A stretch of DNA of 64,000 nt from Selaginella moellendorffii (GCF_000143415.4 NW_003314268.1:2434494-2498493), one strand, 5' to 3'. Counted from the stretch's first letter, positions 50,573 to 61,644 are shown. Translations and numbers: made by a program. Notes: generated by a model not told the origin, from the sequence alone.

Positions 50573-51138
50573 CTATTATCCTAAGAATAATATATAATAA
50601 ACATTGTAAAATGATTGAACCAATAGTACACATCTATCTTTAGGACTTCTATGAAAGAATTTCAGCCGGATATAAGGGAGAGCAGGAAGAATTATATCAT
50701 GTGTTATAAATACCACCATCAACTGAGTCTAATTATTTAATTACAAGCATATAGCATCAAGAAACTATACTCTAACATCAAAGGAGGAGGAGGTTGTTAC
50801 TTTTCCATGAAAATGAATAAAAAGGGAAAAAGAAAAAGAAAAAATTGAAAAAGCCATAAAGAAAGAGAGATCTAGATGATGCCAAAATTAAATTAAAACG
50901 AAAATCCCAAATCTAAGCACTCCTCAAGAATAATAAAAAAATGCCCCTCACCTCTACCAATGTAATAATGTACTGTAATGCATGGATGGAATATAGAAAT
51001 GTACATATCAATTAACCTAAAAAATTTAGCCTATATACAAGAGTAAATTGTCTGAATTTAAACTAATTCAATAGCTATCAAAATCCTATTACATTAATAT
51101 TAATATGCGACATCATAACCGTACAATTAGACCTCACA
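50573..51138 (-). mobile_element. Inverted 5' end (LTR, PBS, gag start) of a family C element; continues at ~34745-34852
   Basis: The reverse complement aligns to 8994-9565 (TGTGAGG start, GAGGAGTGCTTAGATTT block, PBS-like TGGTAGAGGTGAGGGG). The reverse complement of 34745-34852 aligns to ~9560-9670. Confidence 0.75.
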
Positions 51139-51366
51139 ATATATATTGTATTTCTTGACTTTTCTTTAAAACATTTTATTTAAGTGTTAATGTGTATTAA
51201 TAGTAAACTTCTTTCTTGTAAAAGCTTTTAGAAAATTCCAGGGAGGCCAACAATGTTTCCTTGGTTATCGAAATCCAGCTTGGAGCACAGCGCCGAGGAG
51301 GCATTGGGCGCGAGGCCGAAGGAGAGGAGGTCTTGGGAGGAGCAGCGGATGCTTGCCACTGCGGCC

Positions 51367-52625
51367 GCTGGAACTCCAAGTTCTGCCTTGAGATAGTCCG
51401 ATCTCTTGTTCACCAGCGCGATATCCCGGGTGCCTGAGACACTGAAGGGCTTGCTTGGCCCTTGGTAGCCATCAACCAGGTGAAGCAAGGCCTCCAAGTT
51501 GTGCAGATCGGTCAAGCCACCATCTTCCCTCAGAAACGGAGAGATGTCGCTGCTGAGCTCAAACTCGGTGCCAACATGGGTGTAGGCCCATGGGAACCTG
51601 TGGAAGATGAGCGAGATGATGTCACAGCTGTCCTCGTTGACAATCACCCCTGGAACTTTGGGCACCAGGTCTGCGGCATTGCGTGTCTGGAGGACTTTGA
51701 GCCCGAGCTCGAGGCACCTGTTCTTGAAACCCCGGTTCCCAACTCGGCACAGCCTGGGTGGCGCGCTTGCACTCCTCAGCGCCTACGACGTGACAGAGCT
51801 TGGGCTGCCCGGGAGCAATACCCCGGTGTCCGTCTTCACGTTCTCGGCACCCTCGCCCTGGTAGAGCCCGACCAATCGCTTGATCTCCGAGTGGAGCTGC
51901 TGCCTCGCGCTCATCCCGGCCTGATCGCCGGGGACTGGAGACGTGTAGATGCTGAGAAATCCCGTCTCCACTTTCACGCCTTTGGTGTTGTGATCCGTGG
52001 GGTCGAGCCCGGTGGGGCGGAGGAGATCCTTGAGGTTCTCGATCCACTCGAGCTGCGTCACCGTCCCGCGCCAGTCGCAGCGTCCCAACCGTCGGATGGC
52101 CTCGTCCGATGTGGCAACCGCCACGAAGCCCATCCAGTTGGTGTCTGACGTCCACGAGTCGTCGCCGGGTTGGGCGTTGGAATTGGAGCGCTTGAAGAAG
52201 CTGGGCAAGCCCAGCTGCGATGTTGCGTAGAGATAGGCCGTGATTTCGTATCCCGTGCTTGGGAGTCCCACGGACTGGAGGAGCTCCTCCTTGGAGAACT
52301 TTGTGTCGCCACAGAATTCCGAGCCCTCGCTGTATTCGAAGCCGTCGTAGCAAGCCTGGGCGAATTCGCCGTATCGGATGATCTCCCGCCGGAGCCGCTC
52401 GTCGATGGAGGCGTTGGCGGGCGGGAGGAGCGGACTCCAGTGGCATGCATCCCGCCAGCCTGAGCTCAGCGCCAACTGCGTCTCCTCCAGCTCCACAACG
52501 CGCGCGCCATGACCATCTCCTTCAGATCTCTCCAACGTTCTTCTCTTGAATGAGAATGACAATGAATCTCCTTCTCTCTCCAACGTCCTTCTCTTGAATG
52601 ACAGTGACAATGAAACTCGTTCCAT
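51367..52625 (-). pseudogene. Phospholipase A1 (DAD1-like) pseudogene, copy 1
   Basis: Near-identical to copy 2, but with a 12 bp deletion (IVVA), a 104 bp inversion (51748-51851), a 24 bp deletion and a truncated 3' end. Confidence 0.9.
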
Positions 52626-53847
52626 GATCTCGATGCTCGCTCTGATGGGCTTGGACAATTTTTGATACGCCTATCGATCGATCAGCTCGTCCTTGACGAG
52701 TATGGTGTCAATGAACAGATGATCGCTTCCTAAGGAACTTCTCCCCTTGTTGTTTCTCCCTTCGTGTAGATTGCTAGTGGAATGCTGAGATTGTGGCAGA
52801 GGATTTATAGCAGTATCGCTTTCGAAGTTTGCCACCGGGTCAAAAGCATATACGAAATTCTCGCGTTGATCTCTTCAATTTCTTCTCGAATGGGAAGCAT
52901 AATAGTTAAAGTTCAAACCACCAGGGTCAACTATACACAAGGAGGTATCGCGTCTTTGACCAGCAGACTTTCACTGAACTTTCACCTCTCATCCGTCCAG
53001 TAAAGCAACAAGTTGAGAGGTCGGGATCAGTGTTCTCCTCCTTTTCACCTGGTGATCAAAGGTTTAGATTGGAAGTCCTGACGCCAGGTCTCCTTGACGA
53101 ATTGCCCAGAGTCTCGATCAAGGAAAGGCTCCCACGAGCGGCCACTCTGGGGCTACCACACTCTTGGAATCCCTGGGTGCTGCTGGCGATCAGGCACATG
53201 TGAACAATGAGATGGACACAGATGGATCCGACCTGGCAGGAAGAATGGATGCAGGGGCAAAAAAAGTGGTGGGGAAGAGGATTGGCTTGGGAACGGTGCA
53301 ACAATGATCAAGATCTAATCACGGTGAGGGTTTTGACTCTTGTAGGGATATACCACCCCTCAATCTCCACAGATCCAACATGGAGCAGTAGTGTCTGGGC
53401 TGAGGCTTGAATTCACAGTCATTGCTCATCGAAATGAGAACTCGCGTCCCTTGCCTAAAGCACTCACATACGCAACTTGGTCGGGGATCATCTCACGAAA
53501 GTGGTCAATCGCTTGCGTCGGAATGACTACATGCAGAGATCACCAATGTTCACGACACAACGTTCGATGGGAGAATGGTGCCAGGATGGAGTTCCAGGAA
53601 ACGATGTTCCTCTCGGGCATGACAGATGCCCTTGTTGGGCATTCCCCCAGCTCCATAGCTCGCACTCGGGCTCCAAGTCCCTGCTGATCTGCCGCCTGAT
53701 CCTCTATAACAAACCCCTCCCTGCCACATCAGATCTCCCTGCCGAGTCATCCCTCCACGTGTTCTGCCTCATTTTGTTCTATGGGCTTGTTATTGGCTGC
53801 TAAAACGTTCAACATTCGTATCTCAAGTTCATGTCCTTTGCCTACAG

Positions 53848-54077
53848 ATGAATGCTTACTTGAACAATGCTGAAGAAGTACGATTGAAAACAGTCTTCTG
53901 GACGGAAATGAACAAAGGAGACCTTCAGGTAGGCAGCTCACGTTTGTCCTGCCAGCACATTTTAAAACTCGCAGCAAAAGCTGCACAAGCTGCTGCTCTG
54001 TCTGCAATTTCGTCTGGAACTGGATCCGCCGCTGACATCTCTGCTGCTGCTGCCGCTGCCGTTGCGAGCTCCAAAAG
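53848..54077 (+). pseudogene. Fragment resembling the BRF1 (TFIIIB subunit) TBP-binding region
   Basis: AG/GT-bounded exon 53848-53928 reads MNAYLNNAEEVRLKTVFWTEMNKGDLQ, followed by an Ala-rich AAAAAAVASSK segment as in plant BRF proteins; no N-terminal domains seen. Confidence 0.55.
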
Positions 54078-54586
54078 GTTTGTGCATTTCCACGAAGCAA
54101 CTCTTGTTTGTTCCTCACGCCATTGCACTAGGAAGTATTGAAATAAGGCTTGCAATACAAAGCAAATTCAAAACCAGAGCAAACAACACAGTCCGCAACT
54201 GCCAGATACTCCTGCTATCATCGAGGAATCGGCCAACCCCATGCATACAAACATCGCTCACTACAGCTACATCATCGATCTCCTCAGCTGCACCGCACAC
54301 CCTTGTGGCCAAGGAGCTCAAGAAGGGAAACAATGCAAGCAAATTGTTTGTGTCATGGAATAGCAAAATGTAAAGTAAGTTTTCAAATCAACATATTTAC
54401 AAGATTCGGTCCAATGAACTTCAAGGAGGCTTCTCGAACCAAAACTCTATAGGCCATTGCAAGCGTGCCACCTTTCAGATATATGTGCCAAACAGAGCTT
54501 GGTCCTACTGATTAGCGTGAGGCCTCCGTAAAAGAATGAGTTTGTAAAAGTTCACCACCGTGATCGTGATGGAAGAAAGACGGGCT

Positions 54587-55912
54587 CTACTGCTTGGTGT
54601 CCTTAAACCACCAGTTTGCTGGAACTCCAAGTTCTGCCTTGAGATAGTCCGATCTCTTGTTCACCAGCGCGATATCCCGGGTGCCTGAGACACTGAAGGG
54701 CTTGCTCGGCCCTTGGTAGCCATCAACCAGGTGAAGCAAGGCCTCCAAGTTGTGCAGATCGGTCAAGCCACCATCTTCCCTCAGAAACGGAGAGATGTCG
54801 CTGCTGAGCTCAAACTCGGTGCCAACATGGGTGTAGGCCCATGGGAACCTGTGGAAGATGAGCGAGATGATGTCACAGCTGTCCTCGTTGACAATCACCC
54901 CTGGAACTTTGGGCACCAGGTCTGCGGCATTGCGTGTCTGGAGGACTTTGAGCCCGAGCTCGAGGCACCTGTTCTTGAAACCCCGGTTCCCAACTCGGGG
55001 TGCCGAGAACGTGAAGACGGACACCGGGCTATTGCTCCCGGGCAGCCCAAGCTCTGTCACGTCGTAGGCGCTGAGGAGTGCAAGCGCGCCACCCAGGCTG
55101 TGGCCCGTGAACGTCATACTCAGCTGCTCGCCCTGGTAGAGCCCGACCAATCGTTTGATCTCCGAGTGGAGCTGCTGCCTCGCGCTCATCCCGGCCTGAT
55201 CGCCGGGGACTGGAGACGTGTAGATGCTGAGAAATCCCGTCTCCACTTTCACGCCTTTGGTGTTGTGATCCGTGGGGTCGAGCCCGGTGGGGCGGAGGAG
55301 ATCCTTGAGGTTCTCGATCCACTCGAGCTGCGTCACCGTCCCGCGCCAGGCCACCACAATGTCGCGGCGTCCCAACCGTCGGATGGCCTCGTCCGACGTG
55401 GCAACCGCCACGAAGCCCATCCAGTTGGTGTCTGACGTCCACGAGTCGTCGCCGGGTTGGGCGTTGGAATTGGAGCGCTTGAAGAAGCTGGGCAAGCCCA
55501 GCTGCGATGTTGCGTAGAGATAGGCCGTGATTTCGTATCCTGTGCTTGGGAGTCCCACGGACTGGAGGAGCTCCTCCTTGGAGAACTTTGTGTCTCCACA
55601 GAATTCCGAGCCCTCGCTGTATTCGAAGCCGTCGTAGCAAGCCTGGGCGAATTCGCCGTATCGGATGATCTCCCGCCGGAGCCGCTCGTCGATGGAAGCG
55701 TTGGCGGGCGGGAGGAGCGGACTCCAGTGGCATGCATCCCGCCAGCCTGAGCTCAGCGCCAACTGCGTCTCCTCCAGCTCCACAACGCGCGCGCCATGAC
55801 CATCTCCTTCAGATCTCTCCAACGTTCTTCTCTTGAATGAGAATGACAATGAATCTCCTTCTCTCTCCAACGTCCTTCTCTTGAATGACAGTGACAATGA
55901 AACTCGTTCCAT
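54587..55912 (-). CDS. Phospholipase A1 / lipase class 3 (DAD1/PLA1-I-like), intronless, copy 2
   Basis: RYGEFAQACYD, NWMGFVAV, RRDIVVAWRGT, catalytic GHSLGG, FSAPRVGN, DLVPKVP, HNLE and RDIALVNK. First ATG at 55912; TATA-like box at ~56101-56108. Confidence 0.92.
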   Translation of the reverse strand: MERVSLSLSFKRRTLEREGDSLSFSFKRRTLERSEGDGHGARVVELEETQLALSSGWRDACHWSPLLPPANASIDERLRREIIRYGEFAQACYDGFEYSEGSEFCGDTKFSKEELLQSVGLPSTGYEITAYLYATSQLGLPSFFKRSNSNAQPGDDSWTSDTNWMGFVAVATSDEAIRRLGRRDIVVAWRGTVTQLEWIENLKDLLRPTGLDPTDHNTKGVKVETGFLSIYTSPVPGDQAGMSARQQLHSEIKRLVGLYQGEQLSMTFTGHSLGGALALLSAYDVTELGLPGSNSPVSVFTFSAPRVGNRGFKNRCLELGLKVLQTRNAADLVPKVPGVIVNEDSCDIISLIFHRFPWAYTHVGTEFELSSDISPFLREDGGLTDLHNLEALLHLVDGYQGPSKPFSVSGTRDIALVNKRSDYLKAELGVPANWWFKDTKQ

Positions 55913-56639
55913 GATCTCGATGCTCTCTCCCGAGGCTTTGATGGGCTTGGACAATTTTTGATATGCCTATCGATCGATCAGCTCCTCCTTGGCGAGTATG
56001 GTTGCAATGAATCAGATTATCGGCTTCCTAAAGAACTTCTCCCCTTGTTGTTTCTCCCTTCGTTTAGATTGCTGGTGGAATGCTGAGATTGTGGCAGAGG
56101 ATTTATAGTAGTATCGCTTTCGAAGTTTGCCACCGGGTCAAAAGCATATACGAAATTCTCGCGTTGATCTCTTCAATTTCTTCTCGAATGGGAAGCATAA
56201 TAGTCAAAGTTCAAACCACCAGGGTCAACTATACACAAGGAGTTATCGCGTCTTTGACCAGCAGACTTTCACTGAGCTTTCACTCTTGACTCTCATCCCT
56301 TCAGTAAAGCAGTTGCGAGGTCGGGATCACTGTTCTCCTTCTCACTTGGCGATCATAGGTGTAAATTGGAAGTCCTGACGCCAGATACTTAATCATCTCC
56401 TTGACGAACAGCCTAGAGTCTCGATCAAGGAAAGGCTCCCAAGAGCAGCCCATCACACTCTAGGGCCACCACACTCTGGGGCCACCACACTCTTGGAATC
56501 CTTGGCTGCTGCTAGTGATTATGGGTAGACAACAATGAGCCTGTAGAACAAAGTGAGGTGGCATATGTGGATGATGAGAAGGTGCATCGTTAAGCCAATT
56601 TTACAAATTAGATATACTTCTTAAAAGTTCACCACCGTG

Positions 56640-57298
56640 TCGCATTGATCTCATGGAAAACATAACAGTCAAAGTTCAAACCACCAGGGTCAACTATACG
56701 CAAGTAGGTATACGTCTTTGACCAGCAGACTTTCACTGAAAACTTTCACTCTTCACTCTCATCTTTCCACTAAAGCAACTAGTTGTGAGGTTAGGACACT
56801 ATTCTCCTCCTTTTCACTTGGGGATCAAAGGTGTAAATTGGAAGTTCTAATGCCAGGTACTTGATCATCTCCTTGATGAACTGCCTAGAGTCTCGATCGA
56901 TCGAAGAAAGGCTCCCAAGAGTGGGCCATCACACTCTGGGGCCACCACACTCTTGGAATTCACCAGGTGAAACAGCCAGAGATTCCAAGACTGTGGTGTC
57001 CCCAGAGTGTGATGGCGCTGCTCTTGGTAGCCTTTCCTCAATCGAGACTCTAGGCGGTTCGTCAAGGAGATGATCAAGTACCTGGCGTCAGGACTTCCAA
57101 TCTACACCTTTGATCCCCAAGTGAAAAGGAGGAGAACAGTGTCCTGACCTCACAACCAATTGCTTTAGTGGACAGATGAGAGTGAAGAGTGAAAGTTTTC
57201 AGTGAAAGTCTGCTGGTCAAAGACGCGACACCTCCTTGCGTATAGTTGACCCTGGTGGTTTGAACTTTGACTGTTATGTTTTCCATGAGATCAACGCG
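56640..57298. repeat. Inverted repeat with ~320 bp arms and ~20 bp spacer (56961-56980), built from PLA1 upstream sequence
   Basis: 56640-56960 is the imperfect reverse complement of 56981-57298; mirrored ORFs 56861+/57077-. Confidence 0.9.
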
Positions 57299-57520
57299 AG
57301 AATTTCGTATATGCTTTTGACCCGGTGGCAAACTTCGAAAGCAATACTGCTATAAATCCTCTGCCACAATCTCAGCATTCCAGCAGCAATCTACACGAAG
57401 GGAGAAACAACAAAGGGAGCGATAATCTGATTCATACTAGCCAAGGAGGAGCTGATCGATCGATAGGCGTATCAAAAATTGTCCAAGCCCATCAAAGCCC
57501 CGGGAGCAAGCATCGAGATC

Positions 57521-58846
57521 ATGGCACGAGTTTCATTGTCACTGTCATTCAAGAGAAGGACGTTGGAGAGAGAAGGAGATTCATTGTCATTCTCATTCAA
57601 GAGAAGAACGTTGGAGAGATCTGAAGGAGATGGTCATGGCGCGCGCGTTGTGGAGCTGGAGGAGACGCAGTTGGCGCTGAGCTCAGGCTGGCGGGATGCA
57701 TGCCACTGGAGTCCGCTCCTCCCGCCCGCCAACGCTTCCATCGACAAGCGGCTCCGGCGGGAGATCATCCGATACGGCGAATTCGCGCAGGCTTGCTACG
57801 ACGGCTTCGAATACAGCGAGGGCTCGGAATTCTGTGGAGACACAAAGTTCTCCAAGGAGGAGCTCCTCCAATCCGTGGGACTCCCAAGCACGGGATACGA
57901 AATCACGGCCTATCTCTACGCAACATCGCAGCTGGGCTTGCCCAGCTTCTTCAAGCGCTCCAATTCCAACGCCCAACCCGGCGACGACTCGTGGACGTCG
58001 GACACCAACTGGATGGGCTTCGTGGCGGTTGCCACGTCGGACGAGGCCATCCGACGGTTGGGACGCCGCGACATTGTGGTGGCCTGGCGCGGGACGGTGA
58101 CGCAGCTCGAGTGGATCGAGAACCTCAAGGATCTCCTCCGCCCCACCGGGCTCGACCCCACGGATCACAACACCAAAGGCGTGAAAGTGGAGACGGGATT
58201 TCTCAGCATCTACACGTCTCCAGTCCCCGGCGATCAGGCCGGGATGAGCGCGAGGCAGCAGCTCCACTCGGAGATCAAGCGATTGGTCGGGCTCTACCAG
58301 GGCGAGCAGCTGAGTATGACGTTCACGGGCCACAGCCTGGGTGGCGCGCTTGCACTCCTCAGCGCCTACGACGTGACAGAGCTTGGGCTGCCCGGGAGCA
58401 ATACCCCGGTGTCCGTCTTCACATTCTCGGCACCCCGAGTTGGGAATCGGGGTTTCAAGAACCGGTGCCTCGAGCTCGGGCTCAAAGTCCTCCAGACACG
58501 CAATGCCGCAGACCTGGTGCCCAAAGTTCCAGGGGTGATTGTCAACGAGGACAGCAGTGATATCATCTCGCTCATCTTCCACAGGTTCCCATGGGCCTAC
58601 ACCCATGTTGGCACCGAGTTTGAGCTCAGCAGCGACATCTCTCCGTTTCTGAGGGAAGATGGTGGCTTGACCGATCTGCACAACTTGGAGGCCTTGCTTC
58701 ACCTGGTTGATGGCTACCAAGGGCCGAGCAAGCCCTTCAGTATCTCGGGCACCCGGGATATCGCACTGGTGAACAAGAGATCGGACTATCTCAAGGCAGA
58801 GCTTGGAGTTCCAGCAAACTGGTGGTTTAAGGACACCAAGCAGTAG
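57521..58846 (+). CDS. Phospholipase A1 / lipase class 3 (DAD1/PLA1-I-like), intronless, copy 3
   Basis: Same motifs as copy 2 with about 5 amino-acid differences; CTATAAAT at ~57350. Confidence 0.92.
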   Translation: MARVSLSLSFKRRTLEREGDSLSFSFKRRTLERSEGDGHGARVVELEETQLALSSGWRDACHWSPLLPPANASIDKRLRREIIRYGEFAQACYDGFEYSEGSEFCGDTKFSKEELLQSVGLPSTGYEITAYLYATSQLGLPSFFKRSNSNAQPGDDSWTSDTNWMGFVAVATSDEAIRRLGRRDIVVAWRGTVTQLEWIENLKDLLRPTGLDPTDHNTKGVKVETGFLSIYTSPVPGDQAGMSARQQLHSEIKRLVGLYQGEQLSMTFTGHSLGGALALLSAYDVTELGLPGSNTPVSVFTFSAPRVGNRGFKNRCLELGLKVLQTRNAADLVPKVPGVIVNEDSSDIISLIFHRFPWAYTHVGTEFELSSDISPFLREDGGLTDLHNLEALLHLVDGYQGPSKPFSISGTRDIALVNKRSDYLKAELGVPANWWFKDTKQ

Positions 58847-59314
58847 AGCCCGTCTTTCTTCCATCACGATCACGGTGGTGGACTTTTACAAACTCATTCT
58901 TTTACAGAGGCCTCACGCTGATCAGTAGGACCAAGCTCTGTTTGGCACGTATATCTGAAAGGTGGCACGCTTGCAATGGCTTATAGAGTTTTGGTTTGGG
59001 TCATTCGATTGAATTTTGTAAATATCTTGATTTGAAAATTTTAGTTTACATTTTGCTACAAACAATTTGCTTGCATTGTTTCCCTTCTTGAGCTCCTTGG
59101 CCACAAGGGAGTGAGCGATGATGCAGCTGTAGTGAGTGATGTTTGGAAGCATGGTTGGCTGATTCCTCAGGAGCTAGCAGGAGTATCTGGCAGTTGTGGG
59201 CTGTGTTGTTTGCTCTGGTTTTGAATTTGCTCTGTATTGCAAGCCTTACTTCAACAATATATATACTTCCTAGTGAGGAACAAACAAGACTTCCTTCGTG
59301 GAAATGCACAAACC

Positions 59315-59492
59315 TATTGAGAGAATATTCGTGATTCCCTCTTAGGTCAAGTTGACTCGTCATGTCTATTCATTCTCTCATTAGTCAATAAAAGAAACGC
59401 CGAGCAGTCAGCAGCGTTCATTCTCTTATAGAGAATGAACAAACACGACGGGTCAAGTTGACCTAAGCGGAATCACGAATATTCCCTCAATA
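59315..59492 (-). repeat. 178 bp self-complementary copia 3' LTR (about 63 bp inverted arms)
   Basis: TATTGAGAGAATATTCGTGATTCC...TTCATTCTCT pairs with AGAGAATGAA...GGAATCACGAATATTCCCTCAATA. Confidence 0.8.
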
Positions 59493-61075
59493 CTCCCTGA
59501 GCTCGCAATACTTCGTTTCTTCACGCCCAGAGCTTGTACATGTTGCAACACTGCTGGTGGAAGTGCCTTCGTGAATATATCTGCCACCATCTCCGTGGTA
59601 GCACAGTAGACGAGTTCCACTTTCTTCACCGCTACCTGTTCACGAATAAAATGAAACAGAACCTGGATGTGTTTTGTCCTACGATGAAATCTTGGATTCT
59701 TCGTCAAGGCAATAGCTCCTTGATTGTCGCAATGCAGAACCGTTGCCTCCCCTTGCTCGTAGCTTAGACTGTTCAGCAGAGTCCTGAGCCAAAGAATTTC
59801 CTTGGCTGCTTGGGTCATCCCGATATACTCAGCCTCTGTGCTCGAGAGAGCCACGATTGGCTGCCGCTGGCTGCTCCATGTAACTGCTGCGCTGCCCAGG
59901 CTGAAGACGTAGCCAGAAGTTGATTTACGCTGATCAACTTCCCCTGCCCAGTCTGCATCCGAGAATCCCTGCAGCTTGAGTTGAGGCTGCTCTTGTTTTG
60001 TGTAGCACAAAACATAATCGGCTGTCCCCTTCAGGTAACGAAACACGCGCTTAACTGCCTGCCAGTGCTGGAAGCCGGGATTTGCCAGGAACCGCAAAAC
60101 CACTCCCACTGAATAGGCGATGTCTGGCCTGGTACAAACCACGAGGTAGACTAAACTGCCTCCCACGGGATCCTCTCCATCACTGCTTTCGCTGCTTCCG
60201 TCTGAGGTGCCATGTCCTTACTGAGGTGCATGCCAACTTCCATTGGCGTTGATGCAGAGTTGACGTCACTAAGCTTGAATTTCTGGAGGAGCTCTTCAAT
60301 ATATTTCTTCTGAGACATTTCTAGTGTGCCCTTCCTCCTGTCTCTGAAGATCTGGATGCCAAGACAGTACTTGACGCTCCCAAGGTCCACCATCTTGAAT
60401 CTCGAGCTGAGATCTTTCTTCAGTTGATGAATCAGCTTCTTGCTTTTGCTGAGGAGCAAGCAGTCGTCCACATACAAAGACAACAGCACCAGGAGAGCTC
60501 CCACTTGCTTAATATACACATTAGTGTCTGCAGAGAGACTCTCGAAGCCAAGGGCAAGAAGAAACGAGTTCATCTTTGCATACCAGGCGATCGCTTCAGG
60601 CCGTAGAGGGCCTTCTTGAGCTTGCACACCAAGTGCTCTCGTCCTTTGGCAATAAATCCGGCTGGTTGCTCAATGTAGACTTCCTCCTCCAAGTCACCAT
60701 TCAGGAACGCCGTCGTTACATCCATGTGCTCGACGTGCATGTCTTCGTGAGCTGCTAAGTTGTAGAGAAGTCGAATTGATGCAAGCTTCACCACTGGTGA
60801 AAAGGTCTCATAGAAGTCGACTCCTTCGACTTGTGAGAATCCTCTCGCAACAAATCTGACTTTGTAGCGCGTGTCTCCATCAGGTCCTGTCTTGAGCCGC
60901 AAGAGGAACTTGGTCTTAATCACCTTCCTCCCAGGTGGCAGCTCCACAAGATCCCAGGTCTTGTTCTCCATCAATGAGCTATACTCAGCTTGACGAGCAG
61001 TGCGCCACTGATCTGCATCAGGTCTGGCAAGAGCATCTTCCATGGTCTTCTGAACAAGTGCATCTCGGCCATGGC
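59315..61075 (-). mobile_element. 5'-truncated Ty1/copia element: frameshifted RT-RNase H, PPT and 3' LTR
   Basis: YKVRFVARGFSQ, MDVTTAFLNG, LKKALYGLK, LYVDD, TRPDIAYSV, FSDADWAG, SSTEAEY, CDNQGA and ADIFTKAL; GAGCTCAGGGAG purine tract abuts the LTR. Confidence 0.92.
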
Positions 61076-61644
61076 TGAAGAGAAGGAGAAGCTGGTTCTC
61101 GCCTTGCTCCCCTTCTTCCTCCATGCTAGAGTTGGCAAAATAAAAGACTGGATCGTAAGAGGTCTCAGGAATTGGCACTGATCGGTCTCTAGTAGCCTTG
61201 GTTTCTTGCCGAGAAGCCTGCTCAGCTGCTTGTATGTCCAGCTGCTCCAGTCTGAAGCTATGCAATGTCCATTGCCAACAACTCTTGAGAACTCCAGATG
61301 AAGCTTGGCCATGGCCCATTCCAGATAAGGACTAAAGAAAAAACAGTTTATGTGAAGAACATCGTTTGGTCCTGCATTGACCCAAGATTCCAAAACCATG
61401 TAAATGCTGGAGGCGGGAAAGAGAACGCGTGTCCGCTTTACAAGCCAGTCCAATCCTTTCAAAGTTGGTCATCTTCTTTTTTTCATTTTTTCTTGTTGCT
61501 AACGGCGGCAGCTTCGGTTGCAGCAACAAAGGCGAGTTTTCTTGGCAGATCCATCAAGCAGCAGCAGTTAATCACAGCCCCCACAAAAAAGTTAGTATAG
61601 TTCTTCTGGCACAGGATAGAAAGGATGAAACTCCTCCCGGCTAG

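Noticed and set aside
8994-51138. One giant TIR DNA transposon
   Set aside because: The inverted ends include PBS and gag sequence, there is no matching TSD (CAAAT vs ATATA) and no transposase.
51197-51366. GC-rich sequence fused to the truncated PLA1 copy 1
   Set aside because: It looks coding-like but could not be assigned to any family.
57683-58873. 396 aa antisense ORF and similar shadow ORFs over the PLA1, DUF620 and cis-PT genes
   Set aside because: Expected by-product of high-GC3 coding sequence; no recognisable motifs.
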